Assembly (NCBI RefSeq): GCF_000743755.1
Contig: NW_014569495.1
Span: forward strand, 1 to 44,983
Direction: 5' to 3'
Source: Blastocystis sp. subtype 4
Taxonomy: Eukaryota
DNA length: 44,983 nucleotides
The position numbers and the translations under genes were made by a program. The notes beneath the pieces were generated by a model. That model searched no databases, was not told the DNA's origin, and was given only the letters and a program-made list of their open reading frames with translations. Numbering within the stretch: position 1 is the first letter of the stretch; each line of letters starts with the position of its first letter. Positions 23,301-34,027 of the stretch are shown here, one piece after another.

Positions 23301-25249
23301 AGAACCATCCCCTTCACTCAATACACTCATGATAGGTGGAAGAATGCGTTGAAGAATCACATCATTACTCAAATATTTTGCCAAATCTGTCAATAACGAC
23401 ATTGCCAACATCTTAGAGGCTGCATACTTCACATGACGTAACGATGCAGTCAACAAAGGAAGAATCAACACTAAACACTCTTCCCCATGATTCTGTGCAG
23501 CCACTTTCTCTTCCACCTCCTCTTCACCCAGACACGAATCGTCCAATGGAGTAGGAGTACGCAATACCTGATCATCTTGATGTGGCTTCTCGCTATCTTC
23601 AATATGGCTCTGTAACGCAGCAATTCCCTCTTGAAGCGCCTGAAGCCGGATCTTGAACTCATCTGGCTGGTGAGGCTCTGGTGTCACATTCTGCACAATA
23701 CTCTGCTGTGATTTGAGCTCTCGCTCTGATACGAGAATCTCACTGAGTTTCGAACACATGAACGAATAGTCATCTTCCTTCTGTTCATTCTTCACTCCCA
23801 GCATATCTATACTCAATCTCATCTTCCTTGCCTACCACGCATTATCTGAGCATATCGACTCACAACCAAGAGAATCCGAGTATCTGCTTGACAGTTCTCA
23901 GGCATCATACACTCTCTGAAGAGAGGATAGATGACATCTCGCATCAATGGAGGGAACAGTGATGAATCACCTGTATAGTCATTCAAATATCTATGAATAA
24001 TCAAGAATAAAAATGACTACTGTTCAGCAGTCTTGCGATCTCGATCATTCCGAGAGATCATACTCATGATCAGTTCCTATGATCAAAACACTCACATCAT
24101 ATCTACCTTCACATTCTGGTTCTCAATACGATAAAGAGCATTCACCGGAAGTGATGATGGATCATTACGATAACGAAGTAGACTCGTCAAATCAAAGAGT
24201 TCTTGTCCACCCGTAAACATCTCAGCCATTACACACCCCAGTGAGAAGATATCACTACTCCAACTACCTTCAACCCAACTCATCAAACCTACTGGATACT
24301 ACAAGGTTGATCTGGAGGAAGAGTATTATCATTGTATTCTACACATCATCTCAACTCCTTAACTTTACCTGCAGGATAGACTTTAGAGGCTCCTTCTTGA
24401 CCACTAAGGATGAATTCATACATTCATACATACGATTTGTTCTGGATTATACGTTCCGGAGCAATGTAACAGGAATGATGCTTCTGAGAACCAAAGAAAT
24501 ACGAAAAGTAGGCTATCTCTCAAATAATCAGGATTGTCTTACTGTAGATATTATCCTCCACATCCAATTGAGCAGGCTTGTAGTATCCAAAGTCAGTAAC
24601 GTGAAGGAACAAAGCCACAGGAGGAATAAGGATATGTCAAGTAGGTCCAACCAATGGAGGAAACCATCACGTTCTGAGGTTTGATATCTCCATGGAATAG
24701 ATGGGCATTCTGAAGCTGCTTTAGTGCCTAGATTCAGAAAGAAATGGAAGATCTACTTGAAGACACTGATAAAAGATCCAAATCTTTTCCATTTCGGATG
24801 GGAATGGACGGGAACTATCTGTTAGAATGGACCAAACAGAAGTACTTCAAACGAGCATCAAGACAATATTGGAAATAAGGACGAACAAGATATGCAGTAC
24901 GGTTCCGTTCGTCATAGTAATATTGCTATTCTGAAGACAAAATGCAAAGGATTACGCAAAAGGGAGCCAGATTAGGTTGATCGCGTGGATTCAGCTTCGA
25001 TTTTACAAAAATCAGATACTTCTCATGCTCCTTAATATTGATTCCATCTGTTGGAACACGAAAAGCTTTGATTACAGCATATCCGATGTTATGTCTTGCA
25101 AGGCCTGTTTTCATGTATTTGCCATCGCCAATTTGACACTATCATCGATTAAAACACGAAAAACTTACTGGTATGTAGTGTCCCGCGGATGTTGTTGTGT
25201 CTGCGATGCTATATGATCTATTCTGAGAAAAGACAATCGTATTTCCCAT
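20380..25249 (-). CDS. VPS15: Vps15/PIK3R4 (class III PI3K regulatory subunit: kinase-like domain, HEAT repeats, WD40)
   Basis: MGN start (myristoylation-like), KTGLARHNIGYAVIKAF, QPNLAPF, LVRPYFQYCL, HGDIKPQNVMVSSIGWTYLTDFGYYKP, SDIFSLGCVMAEMF, ILQRILP HEAT region, C-terminal WD40 (LTAGGDRCVRFW; SCVDGMIRIWS*). Confidence 0.9.
24596..24635 (-). other. U12-type AT-AC intron (40 nt) in Vps15
   Basis: 5' ATATCCTTA, branch TTCCTTCAC, 3' AC. Removal restores WTYL-T-DFG. Confidence 0.88.
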
Positions 25250-25525
25250 CTTCAAACACACGAATGACAATGTATGAAGAGATACATAATTGGTACAAAA
25301 TTGTCCCTATTTTTGTTTTTTCGCATCCTCAAGAGATTCAACGCTTCAATATAAATAGGATGATTCTAGAGGGTTCATAAAGATGATTCGGAGATTAGGA
25401 TGAGAAGTGATGATGACATCGATTCCACAACTACATCAAAATTCAATTCCACCTCCTCAAGAAAAATCAAATTCTATCCATTCTTATTCTCTTCGTCGTA
25501 ATCATATCGTTTCTTTGATAGGATA

Positions 25526-28471
25526 ATGTCGAAGGAAGTTGCTAGAGGACGAGTAGGACTGAATAATCTCGGTAATACTTGTTTTATGAATGCTGCTATT
25601 CAGGTATCAGTTTTTGTCCTTTTCTGATTTCTGTAGTTATTGCTACACGCTCCAGAGATTATTGTTCCCTTTTTGGATGCCGAAGACAATCCCATCGTTC
25701 CTTTTCTTGTATAAATATAATGTATAGGAGGGACAGACCAATAATAAATACAAAATGGTGCGCGAGTTCGCAAAGATGGCGAGAATTCACTATTCAAATA
25801 CAGTGAAGACTCAGAACCCCCAGTCATTCCGAAAGTCGATAAAGAATATTGCTAGTTTTCTTTGTGATGGAGATCAGCATGATTCACATGAATTGCTGGT
25901 ATTGGTAGTTTTTCGTAGTGATGAATAGAATTTCATTCTGCAAGGGTTGGAAGAAGAGCTGACGAAAAAAGCAGAAGAAGCAATTCGGATCGAGAACAAC
26001 TTCATTCCAGATGATTCGATGGAGGAGAGTGGACTGATTCAGGATGAGTTGTACATGAAAGCAAAAGATTGGTGGAGGAGTTACCGAGATCTAAATAACT
26101 GTTTCATCACCGATCAATTGTATGGTGAGATTTGTAACAGAATCCAGTGCACCCAATGCAAGAAAGTGATAACATAAGATTTGATTGATTCCTAGTGCAC
26201 ATATAACTATTCGTCATTTAATACACTGTATGTTCCAGTGAAGAAGAGTTCTGCAGTCATCAGTATAACGTTAGTAATTCAGCAATTCTGTGCCGACACA
26301 AATGAGTTTAATATACAGTACTTTACTGTTCCCATTTCTGTGAAAGCTAATGATCACCTTAAGATGTTGGATATGCGATTACACGAACGTTTGTCGTTTA
26401 CTTTTGGCAATGTCATTTTCTCTTCGACTGAGACAGTGAATTCTGCCATTTTTGAAGATGCAAAAATTCTATATCTAGCAGGTACTCTGACAAAGGAACG
26501 AACATATGAGGTTGGAATTGATTGATTTCCTCTGATTCTAGTTTACTCGACTAACGATGGATCGTTCTCTTTCTGAGTTTACTCCCAAGTCAAATTCCAT
26601 GATCTTTGCCTATATCGTATTCACTTCTGTTGCTCTTCATTCTAGACACCTCCTCAACAGAAAGGAAGTATTCCCGTGTTTCTTCATTTTTCCCTATTTC
26701 GCAGCGTCAAATCAAATGGTAACATTTCTTCTCAGCCTCTTGAAAATTTCAAAATCTTCCCTCTTTTAGTGATTCCTCCTCTTCTCCTCACCATTCCCAA
26801 GACGGATTCTGTACGTGTATTGAAGGATACTGTGAGTGTATTGATGATAGCAGCCCAGGAGGGACGTGTGTATTCAAATCTCAGTGACCATATGCCCTCC
26901 AGTCAATATGATGGTGTTTATACCCGAATTCCAATCACAGTGGACTATTTCTACCAGAGTCCTTTTTTCCCCACAGCTAGAACAACAGAAGGGGATGAAG
27001 GAGTAAATGGTGAAGTGATGAATGATGAAGGAGGGAATGGTGAGACGGTGAATGATGAAGTGAACGGTGAAATACTGAATAGTAAAGCACTGAATGATGT
27101 TGAGGTCGGTCAAGAGACATCAGATCAAGTACCTAGCACAGCAACCAACTCATCTGCGGAAGTGGTTAAGGAGCCAGTAGAACAATCTCCTGCTACTGAA
27201 CCTGAAGCGACACAACCCAGTCCAGATACCACTACAACGTCTGATTCCAACACAAATCCTCCTCCCAAACCTCGCGTCCAATTCCCACGATTCTATCTCT
27301 CTTCACTCCATTCTTTTAATGGCCTCATTCCGTATCTCTCCACTCTAGTGGACTCGACAGAAGATACCTCCCTCACTCTTTCCGAAGCCTTTGATGCTGT
27401 TAACAGTAAGGTGGATTATCGCTGTATTCTCGTGGCGACAGGCATCACAGGACAGATCAGTGAATTCGATCAAACCTACTCATTTGGAGGAGAGAAGAAT
27501 CGAAAGAAACTGAGTATTTGTTTGATGGATCGTCTGAGTGGACACTTCACTCTCTCTGTCCTTCGAGAGGAAACAGAATCTTCGTTGTCTGGAGTCAGTC
27601 GCAACTGGGGAAAGGGAAAGAAAGCAGAACCTGCCGAGTCAACCCAGTTACACTTAAAGGATTGTCTGGAGCTAAAGAAACCAACAATGGTCCTACTAGG
27701 AAAGAATAGGTAAGAGTAAAGTGATATATTGATAATAGTACCTGCCAACACTGTCATCAGTCTTCCACTATCGAAACGACTCCCTTCTTAGCTCGCTTAC
27801 CTCCACTTCTTCTGATCCAATTAAAGCGATTCAAATATTCGATGAGTGCTTCTGATGGCTTGGGAAGCCGGAAGGGTCGATCTCTACGGAACCAGTCTTT
27901 TGGCCGACAGAAGATCGATTCGTTCATTGACTGTCCAATCAACGACTGGGATGTCTCGGAGTACTTGTTGGAATCATTGAAAGAGACGATTCCTGATCCT
28001 CAAATGATGCACTATGAGCTGATTGGAGTGATCAATCACAGCGGAACAGCTGATTTCGGTCATTACTTTTCGTATTGCAAAGATGGCTTCAATGGAGGTG
28101 ACAATTGGTTTGAGTACAATGACGCGTCGGTAAGTGCGGTAAAGGAGGAGAGTGTCATTACAAAGAATGCATATGTACTGATGTACCGGAGGAAGGATCT
28201 TGGGAAGACTATTTACTCCCAGATCAGTGGAATGTCGATTGTCATTCCTGGAGTAAAGAAGGTGGATATAGAGAATGATCCGATAAGGAAGGAAGAGAAG
28301 CCAGTGGAAGTGAAACTGGAAAGGAATCGGAAGGATGGTATTGACAACGAGCGGAAAGATGTGAAGGATTCAGTGGATGCAACGGAACCAATTCGCAAGA
28401 AACGAATGTCAGTAACAGAACGGAAGCTTCTAAAGAAAATGGAAAAGGAGACGAAGCGAAAAGGGAAATGA
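25526..28471 (+). CDS. Ubiquitin-specific protease, C19 (USP4/11/15-like split catalytic domain)
   Basis: GLNNLGNTCFMNAAIQ, DQHDSHEL, CTQCKK, CQHC, LPPLLLIQLKRF, YELIGVINHSGTADFGHYFSY, WFEYNDASV, AYVLMYRR. An upstream exon near 25400-25495 is possible. Confidence 0.9.
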
Positions 28472-28507
28472 ACTGTTTGTAACAAACATCTTACATAGAA
28501 TACACTT

Positions 28508-29514
28508 CTACTCAGACCTCTTACTCAATTCTCTCCACAGAATCAAGCCAACAACACCAATCACAATAAGAATGATTATCACCAAGATCGTCCAGCATTT
28601 GCGTCGTGACGATTTCTGTTGTGCTTTTGCCAACTATCTCTTAATGTTCGTCTTTTATCCTACCAAGACTTGTCGTACTCCCTGCTTCGATTGTTCGGCA
28701 GATGAGGTGAGATTGCTCTCAATATCTTCAACCATTTCTCCCTGATCATTAATCATTGTAGCCAGGTCTCGGAATACTGTTTGCACTTGGTTCATTTCCG
28801 TTGACAATGCAAGAATATCTTCATGACGCTCACGAATAATTAAATCATTGTACTGCAAATTTGCATTGCTCGGATTCACTCTGACATCATCTCCTCTTCA
28901 AATTCCTACTTATTGAACTTATCCTCCACTTCTTCTGTATCCAAAAACGCAGATTGACTATGATTACACACCATCCATAACTTTACTTCACTGTCTGAGG
29001 GGGATTTGTCTTCATGAAGTCTTGAGCCTTTGTAATGACAGACTCGATTTGCTTTGCCTTGAGTTCCTTGTTACGTCGCAGCTCTGACAACTGCTTTAAC
29101 ATGTTTCGCTACATTCGTATCCATCAAGTATTTGTACATCTTTCGATTTCGACTTTGCATACTGCTCCATTTCGTCCAAGTGATCACTCAGTTTGGCTTG
29201 GAGTGCGTTGAGATCACGGATGGCCTTCCGCCTACAATTCACTGAAGAACCCATCTTTACATCTCGGTACGTAGCTGCTGATTATCAACACGCGTTCCCA
29301 GATTCTGATACATGCGGTTGAATTCAGCAAGCTTATCATCAAGATGCTTCAAATCAAATCGGATGTCATCCACAGAGGTTGAGAGTTGATCAGCATCAGG
29401 AGTTCGTACTCTGGCACTGAGAATGAAACAATTCTCGTGTTCTTACACTGCACGGTTGCCAACAGGAGAATAAGTTTTGTTTGTCTTTCCTGCAGAAATG
29501 TCTCGGAAACTCAT
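28508..29514 (-). CDS. Qa-SNARE syntaxin, Pep12/Syntaxin-7/SYP2-like
   Basis: MSFRDI start, LGTRVDNQQLR Habc region, SNARE motif IIRERHEDILALSTEMNQVQTVFRDLATMINDQGEMVEDIESN, C-terminal TM helix, TAG at 28508-28510. Confidence 0.88.
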
Positions 29515-29611
29515 AGGATAATAGACGAAAATGATAAAAACACAAAAGGGAACAAAATAGTTTCGATTTTTAACAAACAGAGGATTATCAGAACTTACTA
29601 AAGATACGGAT

Positions 29612-31249
29612 TCAGTGACTTGTCAAGCTCTTTACGAGAGCTGCTGCAGAGAAGTATGTGGCTACTACCATCAGAGCGAAGGCAGCAAACCCTAAAGCGA
29701 AATGAATCCACTGTTGTTTCTGTGCCATAGTAGATTTGAACACAAAGTAGTGGATGATCACAGGAATCAAAATTGATGTAGCTACAAAGGCAAAGCCACC
29801 AAGTAGAATGAAGGATTCAATTTCAATTAACCAGAAAGGATATAAATGTTGACAATCTCGCCAAAGAAGGGAACGAGATAAGCAATGATGGTGAGGATGG
29901 CGATTTGAGCGAAACGAATTCCCAATCGCTTCTTATCGTGAACAAAGAATGCCGTTCCAGCATCAGGACAGTTCTTCTCCAGCAGTTCAGAAGTGGAACT
30001 GAGGAGTACAGGGAGAGAGCAGATGCATGAGGCCCACATCAAAAGGTTGATACAGACACCCCAAACGCTGTTGTTGGGAAGACTGTTCACAAGATTGGAC
30101 GCAATGTTGATGTTACCGAACTCATCCTTCACACTACCATAAATAACAGTAGCAGGTAGAGAGAATAGCATATATACTGTACACACGCCTAAAATGCTTT
30201 TAACCGTAATTGAGAAGGTTTTGGACAATTGCGATTTAGCAACTTGTTTCTAGTGTTAATGCATTCTCCTAAGAAGTACATAGTAAGTGAGATAACAGAA
30301 GTTATATCCTAATGTGTAAGGAGCCGTTCCAATGTTAGCAAAGAAACTGGTAATGTCCTTACTAAAGAGAAGTGATGAATCGAATCGAATGTTGATCGTG
30401 CACAATCCATAACTAAAGATTACGAAATGGCTTGATATTCACATAATAACAACTAAATAAGAGAGAACGAGTGTGAATATGCCAAACCAGGATACGAAGA
30501 AGAGCTTTCTGAATATGAATCCAACTAAATGATAGTACTTTGTATCTCGAATAAGACACAGAACATAACAGATAATGGCAGTGACGATGTGAAGAATAAG
30601 ATTACGTAATGTTTTTCCTCCAAGGAAAGAATCGGAATAAGGAAGATGATTAATGAAATCGAACATCGAAATCATTGTACCTAACATCACACCCCAAACC
30701 GTCATATAGAAAAAGATTAAGAAAATGTAGTATCCTGTTTTCCCAAATAACTACAAATCAAGGATGTGAAATGGAATTACCTGGTACATCAGATTGGCAT
30801 AGTCATTATCAATTTTAAATCCACTCTTCATAGGAAGAGCCCGTTTCTTAATACCATCATTTGCTTCAATCAAATAACGAGTATTGATGATGTTAGCAAT
30901 TGTCACAAGGAAAAACACGATCAAGGAAGGAATAATACCCATCTAGATATGACCATGGATAAAAAAAGCCACTTGAACAATCGAATAGGGAATTCCTAAA
31001 CAACCTGTTCCTGTTACACTCTTCATAATGGTAATTGCAAACTATCGATAATAAAATACCGCCAATACCTACTTCACTATTGGTGATCGATGAACTGATT
31101 CTCTCTTCTACAACATCAACCTTCGCTTCCTCTGATGGTTTGGATGGAATCACAACAGAAGAAGGACCAGCTTTCATCTCAACCATCAGCTCATTGTTTG
31201 CAACATCTGGCTTCTTAACCTCCATATCGACGTGATTATTTTCACTCAT
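29612..31249 (-). CDS. Amino-acid transporter (AAAP / Aa_trans, SLC36/38-like)
   Basis: KSVTGTGCLGIPYS first TM motif, MGIIPSLIVF, DYANLMYQLFGK, multiple TM exons, LVPFFGEIVNIFGG...ILIP. TGTTTGTT at 29572-29579. Confidence 0.85.
29803..29843 (-). other. U12-type AT-AC intron (41 nt) in the amino-acid transporter
   Basis: 5' ATATCCTTT, branch TCCTTCAT, 3' AC. Removal restores GEIVNI-F-GGFAFVATSILIP. Confidence 0.88.
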
Positions 31250-31460
31250 TTGGAAGACAATATTTAATAGGTTTCCTTTTGACGAAAACCATTGATCGTT
31301 TTCCCCCCTTCCCCGATCACGGGAATGCCCTTTTATGATACTCCTCAATAGTAATGGAATTGTTTATTTGTTGACACCATTTTACGTAAGTGCCTTCAAA
31401 ATCACTGTTTTGCGGTTCTTTTCTGTTGGAGGGAAATGATGGGCTTTGCAGTTTTTCGTG

Positions 31461-33907
31461 ATGTCATCCGATTTGAAATTGATCACAGACACATTGTCAA
31501 GTTTGAAGAGGCTAATGGCGAAGGATGGAGTTGATCTTGGTCGCGCTAAGAGCATCTGCTTGTCGGAAAGTACTTCAGAAGCTAGAAATAGCAATGATAA
31601 GGTGACATGGGGAAGTTTGTTTGAGGTGAGTGTTGTTTTGGAATTTGAGTGAGTAGAAGGTAAATAACGTGAAAACAAACCATGGAACTGAAGAGAATGT
31701 ATTGCAAGAGAGTGGGCTGAGTGTTGGTTCAAAGTCATCACCTTCTGAATGTGTTCTATTGAGTCCTGCGCCTGCTCAGTCGAATTCGGATGTTCCATCA
31801 ATCTCTGATCCAGTTCAATCAGCTCCTGAATCTGTTCATTCCATTCCTGAGTCTGTTTCATCCACTCCAGAGGTTGGTCAGTCGATTCCAGAACCCATTC
31901 AGCCTGTTCCTGAACCTGCTCAGTCTATTCCAGATCCTGCTCCATCTGCTTCTGAATCTATTCAATCAGTTTCTGACCCTTCTGCCTCGGATCCTGTTCC
32001 ATCTACTCTAAAGGCTATTCAATCGATAGTCGAACCTATAAAACAGATTTCCGACGCTATTCAACCTATACCTGAATCTATTCAACTGATTCCTGATCCT
32101 GTTCCCATTCCTTCTGTTTCTGAGTCTATTCAATCAGTTTCTGATCCTTCTCCCTCAAGTCCTGTTCCATCTACTCTAGAGACTGTTCAATCAATGGTCG
32201 AACCTATAAAACAGATTCCCGACACTATTCAACCAATTTCTGAGCCTATTCAACCGGTTCTAGATCCCATTCACGCCACTCCAGAGGCTGTTCAGTCAAT
32301 TCCTGAACCTGGTCCATCGATCCCAGAACCTATTCAATCCACTTCTGAACGTGTTCAAACAGTTCCTGAGTCTACTTCCTCAGTTCCTCCTGTTCAAGCC
32401 ATTTCTGGTCCTATCCATTCAGTTTCTGAGCCAAGTCAAACTGTTCCGGATTCTGTACAACCTGTTCCTGATCCTACTTCGTCTATTCCTGATCCTGTTC
32501 AATCAACTCCTAAATCTATTCATTCCATTCTTGAACCTACTCCCTCTGTTTCTGAACTAGTTCAATCGATTCCAGAGCCCATTCAATCTGATTCTTATCC
32601 TCTTCACTCAATTCCTCAGCCTGTTCCGTCCATTCGAGAGGTTAGTCAATCGATTTCAGAGTCTGTTCAATCAATTCAAGACCCTATTTCCATTCCCTCT
32701 ATTTCTGATTCTATCCATCCAATTCCTCAACCTATTCCATCGATCCCAAACCCTATTCAATCAGTTCCTGATCCTGTTCCCTCAATCTCCGAGCCCGTTC
32801 TACCCATTGCTAATCCTGTTCAATCAATTCCTCATTGTATTCAAGAGCCTTCCCAGTTGATTCCTCATCCTGTTCAATCCACTTCTGACCCCAATAAGTC
32901 AACTCTGGATTCTGTTCACTCAATTCCCAGTCATATTCTCCCTCCTCCAACTACATCTATAGAACAACAAATGGAAGCAGTACTTACTCAGATGGAACAA
33001 GAATCGCTGACATACAATCCTCCTAATACTCCATTCAAACCTCCAGCACGAATTGTTACAGAAACAGCTATCACCCCTTCCTTGAATATCAATCATCTCG
33101 TCTTCATTTATATCTCCCATCGTGGTTGTGCTGTACACTCCTTCACTTCTACTTCATCATAGGATCGAATTCGATTGCTTATTTCATATATACTCACTAA
33201 ATTCCCTCTTCATCGTCCTATCATCACTAGCAATACTCTTTCGATTCCAGGTATTCATTTCATCTGTTTATCATTCAGAATTCATGCAATATATTAAGGA
33301 CAAGCAGTTACCTTCTATCATTGTTCCTATTCTCGTAGTCTCTGCAGTGTTTGTTCATTCTCTAGGAGGTATATGTTGATGGAAACACCACACCTCTTCT
33401 TCTTATTCATGATGAGCCCATATTCTCGTATTCAATCCTCCTATTTTTCATATGAAGATTCCTTCTACAGACATATCATATCAATTCAGCAGATCCTCAA
33501 ACTGCTATCTATGAGCAAAACATCATATTCACCTGTCAATTCATTTACCATGAGCTGTGGTGGTTTCAACATGCTAGTGAAAAGGAATCCTCTGATAGTC
33601 AACGATTACGTGTATCCGAGATGCATACTCCTCATGGATAGATGAAGAGACAATTCATCTCGAATGTCCTCTTTCCAAGCCTACAGATTATCAATCGAGA
33701 GATGAGCAGAATTCATAGTAGTCCCGAATCTCTTACAGGAGCTGACTTTTCTATTCTGTCTCTCTTATCAACTATTGAAGACCAATTCAGTATTGTGACA
33801 GATTTATTCACTACTATGAAAGGTACGATGAGCGGCCGTTTTGAAATGTAGATTATTACCAGCATATACGCGAAATGGACTTTGTGTTGAATTGTAACAG
33901 ATTTTAA
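31461..33907 (+). CDS. Hypothetical protein with long Pro/Ser/Ile/Gln repeat and a globular C-terminus (possibly divergent Mon1-like)
   Basis: Exons from 31461, 31669 ORF, 33122, 33373 and 33642 joined by short introns. Last intron before ...DYYQHIREMDFVLNCNRF* (TAA 33905-33907); TGTTTGTT at 33920-33927. The Mon1 resemblance is weak. Confidence 0.55.
31790..32930 (+). repeat. Coding ~7-aa (21-nt) periodic repeat (PEPIQSI/PDPVQSI-like) with a higher-order duplication
   Basis: About 380 aa of PxPxQSx units. Block SESIQSVSDPS..PVPSTL..IQS.VEPIKQI.D.IQPI occurs twice (~31951-32085 and ~32119-32253). Confidence 0.9.
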
Positions 33908-34027
33908 CTTTACTAAATCTGTTTGTTATTATTACATCAAACAACAAAAACTGCGCCATTCGACATACGACAGAGTGGTTGCCGAATGTCGTCAAATATG
34001 AAAGATGGATAAAACACTTGAAGTGAG

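Noticed and set aside
27000..27085. Short NGExxNDE repeat in the USP insert
   Set aside because: Three degenerate units in a disordered insertion; ordinary slippage.
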